This document shows positions 8,901 to 18,809 of a stretch of 64,000 nucleotides of DNA, piece after piece. The stretch spans positions 1-64,000 of the IMG/VR virus record IMGVR_UViG_3300028797_006177; one strand, 5' to 3'. Origin of the DNA: a virus. Lineage: Duplodnaviria; Caudoviricetes. A program made the position numbers and the translations under genes. The notes beneath the pieces were generated by a model, which was not told where the DNA came from, did not search any database, and worked only from the letters and a program-made list of their open reading frames with translations. Position 1 is the stretch's first letter; each line of letters opens with the position of its first letter.

Positions 8901-9364
8901 ATGGAAAAAGAACCGAAGAAAGGCTATGAGTCGCTGAAGGCGGATTATGGCAGAGACTACGCAAAAGAACCGAACAGGTGGGAAGGCCGCGTGCAGCTGG
9001 ATTCTTGACAGGGCGCAGCAGTATGCTGACGTGTGCCATGTGACACGCGACGAAGTATTGGAAGCATGGGAGAACGACCGCACCTCCTGGTGGCCGAACT
9101 ACTACAAGGATGCCAACCAGCCCGACCTTGCGGTCAAGCAGGTGGTGACGCTGGCAGAATGGGAGGCAGTGGGGAAGCGGCTCTACGGAGAGGACAAACG
9201 GGACTGGAAGTTCAGATACCGTCTCTGAGGAGTGCGCAGAACGCGAGGAATTTATAGTTCATAGCTGGGTACGCCCTACGTTTGAGCAGCTACAAGGTCT
9301 TGGTGACGGTGCCGTTGAGTATGTTCTTAATGGCGGCCTTATGTTGGAGGACGAATTGAATTAA
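8901..9364 (+). pseudogene. Disrupted or chimeric phage gene
   Basis: Frameshift near 8997 (RWEGRVQ | WILDRAQQY); truncation after DWKFR; a protein-like tail (DTVSEECAE...LEDELN*) continues in another frame. Confidence 0.5.
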
Positions 9365-9407
9365 CCGCCGCAAGGCATAAGTATAACATTTTAAACATTC
9401 AGACATT

Positions 9408-9677
9408 ATGCAGAATTTTGATGAACTGACCGTCAAGGTGCAGCAGCTGATTACGAAGGGCGGCGTGACCGTCGGCGAGATTACGGACAACATCGACAGG
9501 TACTTCCGTGCAGCCTACTTCAAGGGACGCGAGTCGGTGGCCAAGGAAATGAAGGATGCTATCGGCGACTTCGATGATTACGGCAAGGAGTATTCGCGGG
9601 TCGGCGACTACATCTCTGCGCTCGACAGGGTGATTGATGCGATTCGGAAGATTGACCCTGAATATAGAAAGGACTGA
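9408..9677 (+). CDS. Hypothetical protein (MQNFDEL N-terminus shared with 15622)
   Basis: 36-bp leader and start identical to 15607-15642. Confidence 0.7.
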   Translation: MQNFDELTVKVQQLITKGGVTVGEITDNIDRYFRAAYFKGRESVAKEMKDAIGDFDDYGKEYSRVGDYISALDRVIDAIRKIDPEYRKD

Positions 9678-9680
9678 CCC

Positions 9681-9941
9681 ATGCAGATTACACCGAGATT
9701 CAAGTACGTCGAGGGCAGCTTCGAGACGCTGACGGACAGGATGCTGGTCGTCGCCAGCGACCACCACGGCGCGGTGGAGCTGTGCTTCAAGGAGGAGGGC
9801 TGCGGATGGAACATCCCGTTTGCCGAAATCAAGCTCTACGACAGCGAGCTCTACGTGGACTTCAAGGCCACGATGCCCGATGCCAGGCGGCTCGGCGAGG
9901 AAATCTGCCGCCGCTGGAACGAATGTCAGGACAAGAAATAA
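9681..9941 (+). CDS. Hypothetical protein
   Basis: Tightly packed ORF with GC3-rich codon usage. Confidence 0.7.
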   Translation: MQITPRFKYVEGSFETLTDRMLVVASDHHGAVELCFKEEGCGWNIPFAEIKLYDSELYVDFKATMPDARRLGEEICRRWNECQDKK

Positions 9942-9950
9942 TGGAGAATT

Positions 9951-10622
9951 ATGGACACAAAAGACAGAATTTCACAAGACGATTTCCTGATTGGAATCAG
10001 AAAGCAGCAGGCGATTATCCGCAAGCTGTTTGCGAGTAAAAAACGGCGTAACGAGATGATGACCGACCTCGCAAGGAAGCGTTACGGGTGGATGATAGGC
10101 AAGTTCTTCGACACTGGCGACGAGCCGTGGTACCACGTGCCACTGCACACCATCTGCTGCATCCGCGACATCAAGGCGATAACCGCCAATGTATTCGACG
10201 ACACGGTGAAGCTATGGCTCGACTGCAAGGTCATCGTGCCGAGAATCGAGAAAAACGAAATGGTCAATCTGAACTGCCACACCGAGACGTTCAACTTCGA
10301 CCACACCGAGGACTTGGAGGCAACGCTTGCAGGCAAGTGGGTAGGCTGGCAGGTGGCCGACGAGTGGTTCCACAATATGTACGAGAAGATGCGCCAGAGT
10401 TACGGCTTGAAGTACGACCGTCTGACGCTGGCTCTTGATCAGATAGAGTCACTGAAGGCTGCGCTCGTCGCAAGGGAAGAGACCACTCGCAAAAAGATGA
10501 TAGACAAGACGCTTGATTTCTTCGAGAATGACTTATGCTGTTACATCGGTGCGCAGGACTTCACTATCGACCATCAGCGACTGGCAGATGACTTTAAGAA
10601 ATCAATGGAACAGGAGGACTGA
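9951..10622 (+). CDS. Hypothetical protein
   Basis: Ends in ED* inside the junction motif. Confidence 0.7.
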   Translation: MDTKDRISQDDFLIGIRKQQAIIRKLFASKKRRNEMMTDLARKRYGWMIGKFFDTGDEPWYHVPLHTICCIRDIKAITANVFDDTVKLWLDCKVIVPRIEKNEMVNLNCHTETFNFDHTEDLEATLAGKWVGWQVADEWFHNMYEKMRQSYGLKYDRLTLALDQIESLKAALVAREETTRKKMIDKTLDFFENDLCCYIGAQDFTIDHQRLADDFKKSMEQED

Positions 10623-10624
10623 CT

Positions 10625-10747
10625 ATGGCGGAGAAATGTAACAGTTGGACATGCCCCATTTGCCGATGGGGAGAATGTGTTGGCGACAAGGAAGCTGCCA
10701 AGGAGTTTGGCTGGTGCGATAAAGAAGAGAAGGAAGAAGAAGAATGA
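10625..10747 (+). CDS. 40-aa Cys-containing protein
   Basis: Starts in the GGAGGACTGACTATG motif; ATGA overlap with the next ORF. Confidence 0.55.
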   Translation: MAEKCNSWTCPICRWGECVGDKEAAKEFGWCDKEEKEEEE

Positions 10748-10950
10748 AACACGTCATCAAGTTTTTTGAGAACATGGCTGGCATCTGAATCTACGCCCTG
10801 ATATTCTGCTTTCTGCTCGGTATCGCCTGCCCCGACATGTCAACGAGAGAGTACATCGGTTACTCGTTCATTCTCGGTTTCTTCGCAGGCTCTATCAACA
10901 ACGTGGAGCGTGTGCTTAGGGAGTTGTTCGACAAAAAGGAGGAGCAATGA
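10744..10950 (+). pseudogene. Small membrane protein with an in-frame TGA at 10786
   Basis: ATGA overlaps at both ends; hydrophobic segments continue after the stop. Confidence 0.5.
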
Positions 10951-11171
10951 CATACCGCGATTTGAACATCCATCAGCGAATCAACGTGAAGAGCTGGGTT
11001 CGACACGATATTCCGATACCCTGCGTATATCACAGCGTCCTGTTCTACGACACTGGCCTTCCGCATCAGCTTGCCGACAACATCGACACGCAGTGCGACA
11101 GGGAATCGCGGCTATTCCGTCGCAACTGGTCGCAGGTTCGCTTTCCACGTCAATCCGTGCAATCCGTGTAA
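10947..11171 (+). CDS. Hypothetical protein
   Basis: ATGA overlap with the upstream ORF. Confidence 0.5.
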   Translation: MTYRDLNIHQRINVKSWVRHDIPIPCVYHSVLFYDTGLPHQLADNIDTQCDRESRLFRRNWSQVRFPRQSVQSV

Positions 11172-11367
11172 TCCGGGATGAATGAAAAGTAAGGATGTCT
11201 AATTTGAAAAGGAGGACTAAATATGGAAAGATTAAAACATGATATTGAGACAATTATTGTAATGAGTGTATTGGCTTTTCTTTGTGGCTGCGTTTGTGGC
11301 GCGACAGTAATGTTCAACTGCCATATCCGCCAACAACAAGAGTTATTACATCAAGCATTGCACAAAT

Positions 11368-11691
11368 ATGACAAGGCTGACTGAAATCCAATTAAGATGC
11401 TATCTGTATGATTTGGATGGCGGCGATGAACCATTCGCCACCATATATACGATCAATGTTCCAGAGCAAGGCGAGCAACTGAGTATCTGGAACAAAGGCG
11501 ACTTCGAGTATTACGTTGTCGAAACCAGAGTCTATGGCATCAACATGCCCGAAGAGCGGGCAGTATGGAACCTTTACCTGAGAAAAATCAAGAATCTTGT
11601 TATCGGCAAAAAGAAAGGAATTGAACTCATTGAAGCAGAGCGCAAACGCCAAATCGAGAAGAATGGATTGTCTAAACTTATGGAGGACTGA
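11368..11691 (+). CDS. Hypothetical protein
   Basis: Ends MED* in the junction motif. Confidence 0.65.
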   Translation: MTRLTEIQLRCYLYDLDGGDEPFATIYTINVPEQGEQLSIWNKGDFEYYVVETRVYGINMPEERAVWNLYLRKIKNLVIGKKKGIELIEAERKRQIEKNGLSKLMED

Positions 11692-11693
11692 CT

Positions 11694-11984
11694 ATGGCAA
11701 TGTGTGTGCAGTGTGAAGATTGCAAGTTTGCAAATTGGGACGCAACGCTATTTTGCGATAGCGACAAAGGACATTGGGAAGGAGCGCACTACATTCCACC
11801 ATATAGCGATCAGTTCGACTTCTATTGCAAAAAACACAGGCATTTCTACTTGGAGAATGAAATAACTGGATTGTGTAGGGATGGGATATATGGCCCTAAC
11901 AACTACCACGATGTTTGCAAGAAACATTATCAAGAGATTGACGAACTCAACAAGAAGTTGAAAGCCTCACACCCCTGCCCCTAA
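11694..11984 (+). CDS. Cys-rich hypothetical protein
   Basis: Starts in the junction motif; CEDCKF. Confidence 0.65.
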   Translation: MAMCVQCEDCKFANWDATLFCDSDKGHWEGAHYIPPYSDQFDFYCKKHRHFYLENEITGLCRDGIYGPNNYHDVCKKHYQEIDELNKKLKASHPCP

Positions 11985-12003
11985 CCCAACAACCCAAGGA
12001 AGT

Positions 12004-12402
12004 ATGAGCCGATTCACAAGAAACAGAGCCAAATCACGTCAGCATCGAGAAGAACAATACCGTCGCATTGACGCTTTCTACGATGCAAGCATCAAACAGA
12101 TAAAACGTCTGATGGAGTTTGCACCCGATGAAGAAACAAGGAATACGTGCTCACTTTGCAAACATTGGGAGCCTGGCGATTGGTGGCAATCAGGCGAGAA
12201 CGGCATAGAAGCCCCTGGCCGTTGCAAGAAAGCTCTCGGCATGAAATGCTGGAATTATCGCAACGCATGTCGTAAGCACTTCGATAAAAAGAAGATGACG
12301 GGTTTCTTCTATCAAGGCGGTGGCGGTACTCCCGTTGAGGAGGACATCAAGAACGTCATGGCACTCACGGAACAACTTATCAACGAAAATATGGAGGACT
12401 GA
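12004..12402 (+). CDS. Cys-containing hypothetical protein
   Basis: CSLCKHW; ends MED* in the junction motif. Confidence 0.65.
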   Translation: MSRFTRNRAKSRQHREEQYRRIDAFYDASIKQIKRLMEFAPDEETRNTCSLCKHWEPGDWWQSGENGIEAPGRCKKALGMKCWNYRNACRKHFDKKKMTGFFYQGGGGTPVEEDIKNVMALTEQLINENMED

Positions 12403-12404
12403 GT

Positions 12405-12677
12405 ATGACACATCTGAAAATGACAGGCGAATTTTACGACGACGTGAAGCGCGTCGGCGAGGCTATCAGCTATCTGCATAGCATGATTGACTTCCTCGAA
12501 AAAGAACGCATGGAAATGGATAAAGGCAAGACGGCAACCGGCATCTTCATCCGTATTAACGACATGAAGCGAGAGACCGAGAAGATGGTTCACGAGGCAG
12601 AGCGGCTGCTACGTGAATCCGACATCGAGCATTACGGGCCGCTGAGTAAGTACGCAAGACCATATTTAGCATATTAG
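12405..12677 (+). CDS. Hypothetical protein
   Basis: Starts in the junction motif. Confidence 0.65.
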   Translation: MTHLKMTGEFYDDVKRVGEAISYLHSMIDFLEKERMEMDKGKTATGIFIRINDMKRETEKMVHEAERLLRESDIEHYGPLSKYARPYLAY

Positions 12678-12682
12678 GAACT

Positions 12683-13195
12683 ATGTACATCGTTGCAAAA
12701 CAAGGCACTCCGTTTGAGCAATGTATCAAGGATGCCGTCGAGAAAATCAAAAATGCCCATGAGCAGGCCATCGCCCTCGTTGAGCAGTTGGCAGGCGCAA
12801 AGCACATCAGCCCTGCCTACATCTTCCATTGGGGCACCATCATCAAGTTCGTGCCCGAGTTCCAATTCGCTCCAGAAGAAGAGCCTAAAATCGACAAGGC
12901 CGTGCTGCGACCAGACCACACTGAGAAAGGACGCTGGCTGCCCAACCTCCGACTGAAAGCAGGCAAGCAGTTCAAGGCCGACTTCCAGAAGTTCGCTGAG
13001 GAGCATGAAGTGACCGAAGAAATCTTCCATCCCTTCGGCATCCACATGGTCGATTGGAAGAAAGGCTACTCATACTACATCAAGCCCATCTTCGATAGCG
13101 AGACAAGCCGCTACATGCTCATCTGCAACGACAGCATTCCGCAAGCCTTCGACAAGGAAAAGCTTGCGCAAGACCAATTCGACATCGAGTATTAA
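12683..13195 (+). CDS. Hypothetical protein
   Basis: Tightly packed ORF with phage-like codon usage. Confidence 0.7.
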   Translation: MYIVAKQGTPFEQCIKDAVEKIKNAHEQAIALVEQLAGAKHISPAYIFHWGTIIKFVPEFQFAPEEEPKIDKAVLRPDHTEKGRWLPNLRLKAGKQFKADFQKFAEEHEVTEEIFHPFGIHMVDWKKGYSYYIKPIFDSETSRYMLICNDSIPQAFDKEKLAQDQFDIEY

Positions 13196-13207
13196 GGAGG
13201 ACTGACT

Positions 13208-13459
13208 ATGGCATTGAATGAGAAAATGCTGCCGTTGGGAAAGACAAGGCAAGAGCGTACCGGTGACTATCTCTACACAATGGAGGTAGTCGGCTGGAAC
13301 GAGAAACTGAAATGCAATGTGTGGGCCGAGAAATCGAAGAGATACTCACCGGCACCTCGCATCAACACCTACCAACTCGTGAAAGCCATGAAGGAGTCCG
13401 AGGACTGGGAGCATGTAAGGAATATGGCGAAAAGGATTCATAAGGAAGATCGGATATGA
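13208..13459 (+). CDS. Hypothetical protein
   Basis: Starts in the junction motif. Confidence 0.65.
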   Translation: MALNEKMLPLGKTRQERTGDYLYTMEVVGWNEKLKCNVWAEKSKRYSPAPRINTYQLVKAMKESEDWEHVRNMAKRIHKEDRI

Positions 13460-13995
13460 CGGAACATTCATGCAAGACGTGCCTTTACGGATTAAAGGCG
13501 GAGGATGGCAAGGCAGCCTGCACCTATTCAGGCATCTGTCACTCTCCAGATGGCGAGAAGACAGCTTACAGGCCAAGCAAGGCTTTGCAGTATGCCGAGG
13601 TGGTAGGTCGGAAATTCCGACCGACCTTCGACTCGCCGATTGACTACTTCACTATCCGTGGTTATGACGAGGAGCGTGACATGGTGCTGACTACGGCTCA
13701 CCCCAAGGAGGGCAGTCCGTTTGACGACGAGATAGAAGAGCGTTATCTGATGGGGGCGTTTGAGACTGGCGAATACAAGGCTGTCAACGAGAACCCGTGG
13801 GCGAGCGAAGAGACGATGCGCATCTTTGCCAATCCCTACTATAACATGATGGAACCTGTGAAACCTCGCAAGCAGAAGTTCTGCGGTCCATGCTGCAATC
13901 GCTGTCAGCATCGCTTCGGCACCACGTCAAACAGCGACTGGTGCCGCGACCACTGGAAGAATGAAAAGTGTTACAGATTCAAATTGGAGAGATAG
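13456..13995 (+). CDS. Cys-rich hypothetical protein
   Basis: ATGA overlap; CxxC clusters at both ends. Confidence 0.65.
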   Translation: MTEHSCKTCLYGLKAEDGKAACTYSGICHSPDGEKTAYRPSKALQYAEVVGRKFRPTFDSPIDYFTIRGYDEERDMVLTTAHPKEGSPFDDEIEERYLMGAFETGEYKAVNENPWASEETMRIFANPYYNMMEPVKPRKQKFCGPCCNRCQHRFGTTSNSDWCRDHWKNEKCYRFKLER

Positions 13996-13998
13996 GCT

Positions 13999-14478
13999 AT
14001 GGGAGAACAACCACCATTTGCAGGACTCGGCAAGCTATACTTCTGCCGAGTCGAGGATAAGGACAAGGAACCGCAGCCGCTGGGCGAGGCCGTCGCGCTG
14101 AAGCCGAGGATGCTGACGTATAAGGACGACGGGCCGAAGAACGAATACGGCGCGAAGGGCTTTAGCACCACGTTCACGGGAACGATGCAGGAGCCGGGCC
14201 GCGAACTCGTTGAGATGCTGAACCGCCCGACGCTGTGGGACGTGAGGCTGGAGCGGGAGCCAGGCCGTATGCCCCGAAAGATGAAAAAGGCACTCCGCGC
14301 CCGCTATCGCCGCGACACGAAGTGGAAGCGCAAGCTGGCCAGCTATCTCGGTCGGCTCTGCCACACGCTGCATCGTGCCGAGATAGTCATCACCCGTGAT
14401 CAGCGCGACCGGCTGGCCCGGCACATCGAAATGACCGTCAGGCCTGAACCCTCCGTGGATTCGGAACAAAGGAATTAA
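13999..14478 (+). CDS. Hypothetical protein
   Basis: RMPRKMKKALR basic motif common in phage ORFs. Confidence 0.6.
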   Translation: MGEQPPFAGLGKLYFCRVEDKDKEPQPLGEAVALKPRMLTYKDDGPKNEYGAKGFSTTFTGTMQEPGRELVEMLNRPTLWDVRLEREPGRMPRKMKKALRARYRRDTKWKRKLASYLGRLCHTLHRAEIVITRDQRDRLARHIEMTVRPEPSVDSEQRN

Positions 14479-14529
14479 AAGGATTAAAAGGATTATTGGA
14501 ATATTCACCAAATCAAAAACAGTAAGATT

Positions 14530-15360
14530 ATGGGAAAACAGAAAAGAAGCGAGAACACGTATCAGAAGATTCAGACGGTGTTCAAGAGAGACGAGAAGAA
14601 CGTCATCATGCCGTATGACGAGCTGACACAGCCGGAGTTCGGTTTCCTGCGCTCACTGCCTTGGCGGTGCGAGGAGAAGATTGACGGCACGAACATACGC
14701 ATCGAGGTTAAGAGCAAGGTGGAATGGGACGACCCAATGGAGCCGAGCTACGTGGCAGGCATTGAGTTTAGCGTGGACTATAAAGGCAAGACCGACAACG
14801 CCAACGTGCCTCCGAAGTTGATGCAGCATCTGACCGATACCTATCCTGCCGAAAAGGTATTGGAGTCACTGGGCTTGAAGCGTTTCATTCCAAAAGAAGA
14901 GTTTGCCGACCACAAGTGGCAGTCGGAGCAGGACGTTCCAGAATGCTATACCATCTACGGCGAGGGCTACGGCGCGAAGATCCAGAAGGCGGGCGGAAAC
15001 TATCTGTCGCAGTCAAACGGCTTCATTGTGTTCGACGTGAAGGTGGACGACCTTTACCTGCTCTGCTCGGCACGCGACGAGATTGCCGCCAAGCTGGGTG
15101 CGCCCGTGGTGCCGTTCATCGGTATGATGACGCTCGACGAAGCCATCGACTTTGTGCGCACGGGCTTCAAGAGCCGTGTCGCCGAGAACAAGGACTTCAT
15201 GGCCGAAGGCCTGGTCATCCGCAACGAACTTGGACTGAAGACCCGTCGCGGTGAGCGCATCATCACGAAGCTGAAGACCTGCGACTTCCAGAAGTACAAG
15301 GCCGTCTATGGCACGCTCGACAAGGTGGAGCAGCATGTGAACAGTCATATCAGCGAATAA
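14530..15360 (+). CDS. ATP-dependent RNA ligase family protein (Rnl2-like)
   Basis: Nucleotidyltransferase motifs EEKIDGTN (I), YGEGYG (III), FIVFDV (IIIa), EGLVIR (IV), TKLK (V). Confidence 0.85.
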   Translation: MGKQKRSENTYQKIQTVFKRDEKNVIMPYDELTQPEFGFLRSLPWRCEEKIDGTNIRIEVKSKVEWDDPMEPSYVAGIEFSVDYKGKTDNANVPPKLMQHLTDTYPAEKVLESLGLKRFIPKEEFADHKWQSEQDVPECYTIYGEGYGAKIQKAGGNYLSQSNGFIVFDVKVDDLYLLCSARDEIAAKLGAPVVPFIGMMTLDEAIDFVRTGFKSRVAENKDFMAEGLVIRNELGLKTRRGERIITKLKTCDFQKYKAVYGTLDKVEQHVNSHISE

Positions 15361-15395
15361 CAGATAACCGCCGCAAGGCATAAAACGAAAAGATT

Positions 15396-15599
15396 ATGGA
15401 AAGTAATTCAAGCACAGCAACTGGAGGAATCGGCTTCACAGGAGCCTTGTTCCTCGTATTCCTCGTACTGAAACTGACGAAGGTCATTGACTGGTCATGG
15501 TGGTGGGTCACTGCCCCGCTATGGATATACGCCATACTGGCCGTCATCGTACTGTTAGCAATCATCGCACTCAAGGCGTACATTCGTCGCAAGTATTAA
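15396..15599 (+). CDS. Small two-TM membrane protein
   Basis: GIGFTGALFLVFLVLKL..IDWSWWWVTAPLW, a widespread phage family. Confidence 0.75.
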   Translation: MESNSSTATGGIGFTGALFLVFLVLKLTKVIDWSWWWVTAPLWIYAILAVIVLLAIIALKAYIRRKY

Positions 15600-15621
15600 C
15601 AACAAAAAACATTCAGACATT

Positions 15622-16095
15622 ATGCAGAATTTTGATGAACTGGCCGAGCAGTATATCTCGGCAGTAGAGACACAGAAACAGAGTGATGGCAATCCGACGG
15701 ATAGCTTCACCCGTGGCGATATGGAGACCTGCTTCGTTGTCGGCGCACAGTCGATGGAGACGCTGCAGGAGGGCAAGGAAGGCACCTTCGGACAGGCCAT
15801 CGGCTCGCTGAAGCGCGGCTTCCTCGTGGCTCGCAAGGGATGGAACGGCAAGGGGATGTTCCTCTTCATGCGTCCGTTCGACATGTTGAAAGATGACTTT
15901 ATCATCGACACCGTAAAGTCACTGCCCTACAACTTCAAGGAGTGGGTCAAGGCGCACCCCAATGCCGAGGGCGAGCGGTTCTTCACGCATTACATTTGTA
16001 TGAAGGCTGCCGACGGCTCGATATCTAACGGATGGAACGCATCTACTCCCGATATGTTTGCTGAGGACTGGGTAATCGTCAATCCGACTGAGTAG
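15622..16095 (+). CDS. DUF2829 / Thoeris anti-defence Tad2-like protein with an N-terminal extension
   Basis: FGQAI..LKRG..VARKGWNGKGMFLF...YICMK...GWNAS..DMFAEDW. Confidence 0.8.
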   Translation: MQNFDELAEQYISAVETQKQSDGNPTDSFTRGDMETCFVVGAQSMETLQEGKEGTFGQAIGSLKRGFLVARKGWNGKGMFLFMRPFDMLKDDFIIDTVKSLPYNFKEWVKAHPNAEGERFFTHYICMKAADGSISNGWNASTPDMFAEDWVIVNPTE

Positions 16096-16166
16096 CCCCC
16101 TGCATCTGCGGCTGTGGCGGGCGAAGGCGATGGGAGGAAGAATGAACGAAGTTAATTTAAGGAATT

Positions 16167-16451
16167 ATGAAGATTCTAACGAAAAAGAAACAAGAGCGAC
16201 TGATGCAAGACCTGCTCGACATCTATCTGTTGGGCAGCGACGCATTGAAGTCTATCGGCACACAGCAGCCGATGGACGAGGTGCAGGCCATGCGCCGACA
16301 AATGAAGATGATTGACGCGGCAATGGACGCTGCCAACATCATCCACGGCTTCTATGGCAACAGACTGCTTATGGCCGCCGATAAGCGCAAGCAGGAGTTG
16401 GAAGCCGAGAAAGGATTTCCATTGAAGTTAAACGAAAAGAAGGAGGACTGA
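16167..16451 (+). CDS. Hypothetical protein
   Basis: Ends KED* in the junction motif. Confidence 0.65.
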   Translation: MKILTKKKQERLMQDLLDIYLLGSDALKSIGTQQPMDEVQAMRRQMKMIDAAMDAANIIHGFYGNRLLMAADKRKQELEAEKGFPLKLNEKKED

Positions 16452-16454
16452 CGT

Positions 16455-16709
16455 ATGACACAGGAACAATATCGGAGAGCCGTTCAGATTAACGACCGCC
16501 TCGAAGAATTAGCGCGAGTCAAGAAAGAGATAGACGAGACATCTAAACATCGTCTATGGTACGCATGGAAATGTGAAAGAGATTGGCGACTCACCTCCGA
16601 ATGTGTGATGAAGTACATCGACGAACTGCTCGACAAGCACGACACGGCGATTCGCCAGGAGATAGACGAAGAGATTGAACGACTGAAAGCAGAAATAGAA
16701 ACATTATGA
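16455..16709 (+). CDS. Hypothetical coiled-coil protein
   Basis: Starts in the junction motif; ATGA overlap downstream. Confidence 0.7.
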   Translation: MTQEQYRRAVQINDRLEELARVKKEIDETSKHRLWYAWKCERDWRLTSECVMKYIDELLDKHDTAIRQEIDEEIERLKAEIETL

Positions 16710-17188
16710 GAGAAATTCAATTCAGAGCCAAGCCCTGCTATGAGGGCGGCAAAGTTACGCCTTGGGTATTTGGCGAGTTCAAATACTTATGGCACAACGT
16801 AATTGCTCCACATGCTACTGACAATGGCCGACATGAGAAGCGTTACGACAAGGGAATCATCGTCTATGAGTATGGAGAAATCGAGGTGCTCTGCGAAACC
16901 GTCGGGCAGTTCACTGGCTGCTACGACAAGAACCACAACCGCATATATGAGGGCGACATAGTGGAGTGTGTCAGCTGGAACGAATACTTCTCCAACGGCG
17001 ATGGACCGATGGAACCCTTCCGTCGGAAGATGTACGTCGATTTCCGCAAGGGTGGCTTCAAGATGGTCGAGCCTATGCCGCAGCCGATGAAAGACAACGA
17101 GTGGGACATCATCTTTAATGGTGACATTATAATCATCGGCAACATCTACGACAATCCAGAGCTTATCGACATGAAGCGGATAGGATAA
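16706..17188 (+). CDS. YopX family protein
   Basis: MREIQFRA, ETVGQFTG..DKN..IYEGDIV, IIGNIYDNPEL. Confidence 0.9.
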   Translation: MREIQFRAKPCYEGGKVTPWVFGEFKYLWHNVIAPHATDNGRHEKRYDKGIIVYEYGEIEVLCETVGQFTGCYDKNHNRIYEGDIVECVSWNEYFSNGDGPMEPFRRKMYVDFRKGGFKMVEPMPQPMKDNEWDIIFNGDIIIIGNIYDNPELIDMKRIG

Positions 17189-17215
17189 CTCTTAACTCTT
17201 CACTAAAAAAGCAAA

Positions 17216-17311
17216 ATGACCCACTCACAGACCATAGCACAGCAGCCTGCCGCCCCGTTCCCGCCCGCCTCGGCAGCACCTGCGGATAACGGAGGAGACC
17301 TGCCGTTTTAA
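17216..17311 (+). CDS. 31-aa peptide resembling an SSB C-terminal tail
   Basis: MTHSQTIAQQPAAPFPPASAAPADNGGDLPF*. Confidence 0.45.
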   Translation: MTHSQTIAQQPAAPFPPASAAPADNGGDLPF

Positions 17312-17575
17312 GGTTTACGACCACAGATGACGCGGATTTAACGGATTTCGATTATCAAGAATTAGAGAATTTGAGAATTATGACTGACGAACGATTGCAA
17401 GCGATGTCGAAAGACGATGCGAACAAACTTCTATGTCGAACTGACCAGCGAAGGTGGGTGCGGTTGCACAATGCGACCGCCAACCTTTACTTCATAAAAG
17501 ACGGAAAGATTGAAGATGTGCCACCGCAGGGATGGTGGTATTAACGAATCACGAATTAAACGAATTATACGAATT

Positions 17576-18196
17576 ATGAAAGAAATGATGATCAAGCTGC
17601 CGATGATCGAACTGGCAGCATCGGACAACACCTACTTGGCGAAGCACTACCCGAAGAGTGGGCGGTACATTATTCGCCGCGACAATGGCGACACAAGCGT
17701 TGCCGACGTACAACTGAGACCTATTGCGGTGGGCGAGGCTCGCTGCGATGACGAGCAGGCCACGGTCTTTGAGTGTTTCATCGGACAGCCAGACCTGCTC
17801 GACCCAGACGATTGGGCATTGGCTATCGACATCGAGAACGTCAAGCTCGATGCACAGGCCGACGTGGAGAATATCAAGTGCGAGATGGACGATTTGAAGT
17901 CGGCGCACGAAGACGAGTTGGCCGACAAGGAGCGCGAGTGTCAGACGATGATTGAGGCAGCGCAGGCCGAAACCCGTGCCGCCAAGGAGGACTACGAGGC
18001 TCGCAAGGCCGCACTCCAGGAGCAGATGGACGCGACGCTGGCCATGCGCCGTTTGGAACTCGACCAGGAGTATGAACTGAAGAAGATGCAGCTGGAACTC
18101 GACACCCCCAAGCGCTTTGCACAGGGCGAGTGGGTCAGCGGCAAGACGCTGAAGGAAATTGTCGAGGTGTTGGCACGTGGTAAGAAGGAGGACTAA
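17576..18196 (+). CDS. Coiled-coil hypothetical protein
   Basis: Ends KED* in the junction motif. Confidence 0.7.
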   Translation: MKEMMIKLPMIELAASDNTYLAKHYPKSGRYIIRRDNGDTSVADVQLRPIAVGEARCDDEQATVFECFIGQPDLLDPDDWALAIDIENVKLDAQADVENIKCEMDDLKSAHEDELADKERECQTMIEAAQAETRAAKEDYEARKAALQEQMDATLAMRRLELDQEYELKKMQLELDTPKRFAQGEWVSGKTLKEIVEVLARGKKED

Positions 18197-18198
18197 CT

Positions 18199-18786
18199 AT
18201 GGAAAAAAAGGAAATTGAGTTCAAGGTGGTGCGGAAGAACAGTTACGGGCACCGATTTATACTGGAGCCGAAGGAGCGCATCAAGTTCCGCAAGGGGTGC
18301 AAGTACAACAAGCTGGGTACGCTGTGCGAGAAGGGCTACAAGTGCTATTTCGACGGAGGCGTGCTGCTGGGCTGTACGCCCGACGTGGACTGCCCCCGCT
18401 GTCGTGCTTGGGACAAGCGGCACGGACTGGAGCTGCCCTACACGATGGTAGAGAACGAGTACCCCGACCTGAAGCCGACGACGTTTACTTGGCATCCTGC
18501 TACCGAAAGTCCTGGTATGCGGCGCGTGCTGATGGCAATGACGCGGCATGACCTCGGCAAAGGGCAGTATGTGTTCCAAACGGTGCAGTTCTCTTGTCCC
18601 AATATACGCCCTGCCGAGTGCGGGTTCCGCGACAGCGAGAGCCGCAAGACGCTGCCCGTGGCGTGGGCTTTCTACGATGAAATCATCAAGGCCATCGCCC
18701 CATGGATGATTAGACGTGCCGAGGATGCCGCCTGGGCGTGGTGGCCTGAGAAGGAAGAAACAACTAAAGACGATAGCAAAAGATAA
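18199..18786 (+). CDS. Hypothetical protein
   Basis: Starts in the junction motif. Confidence 0.7.
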   Translation: MEKKEIEFKVVRKNSYGHRFILEPKERIKFRKGCKYNKLGTLCEKGYKCYFDGGVLLGCTPDVDCPRCRAWDKRHGLELPYTMVENEYPDLKPTTFTWHPATESPGMRRVLMAMTRHDLGKGQYVFQTVQFSCPNIRPAECGFRDSESRKTLPVAWAFYDEIIKAIAPWMIRRAEDAAWAWWPEKEETTKDDSKR

Positions 18787-18809
18787 TGGAATCCAATAAG
18801 AAATAAATC

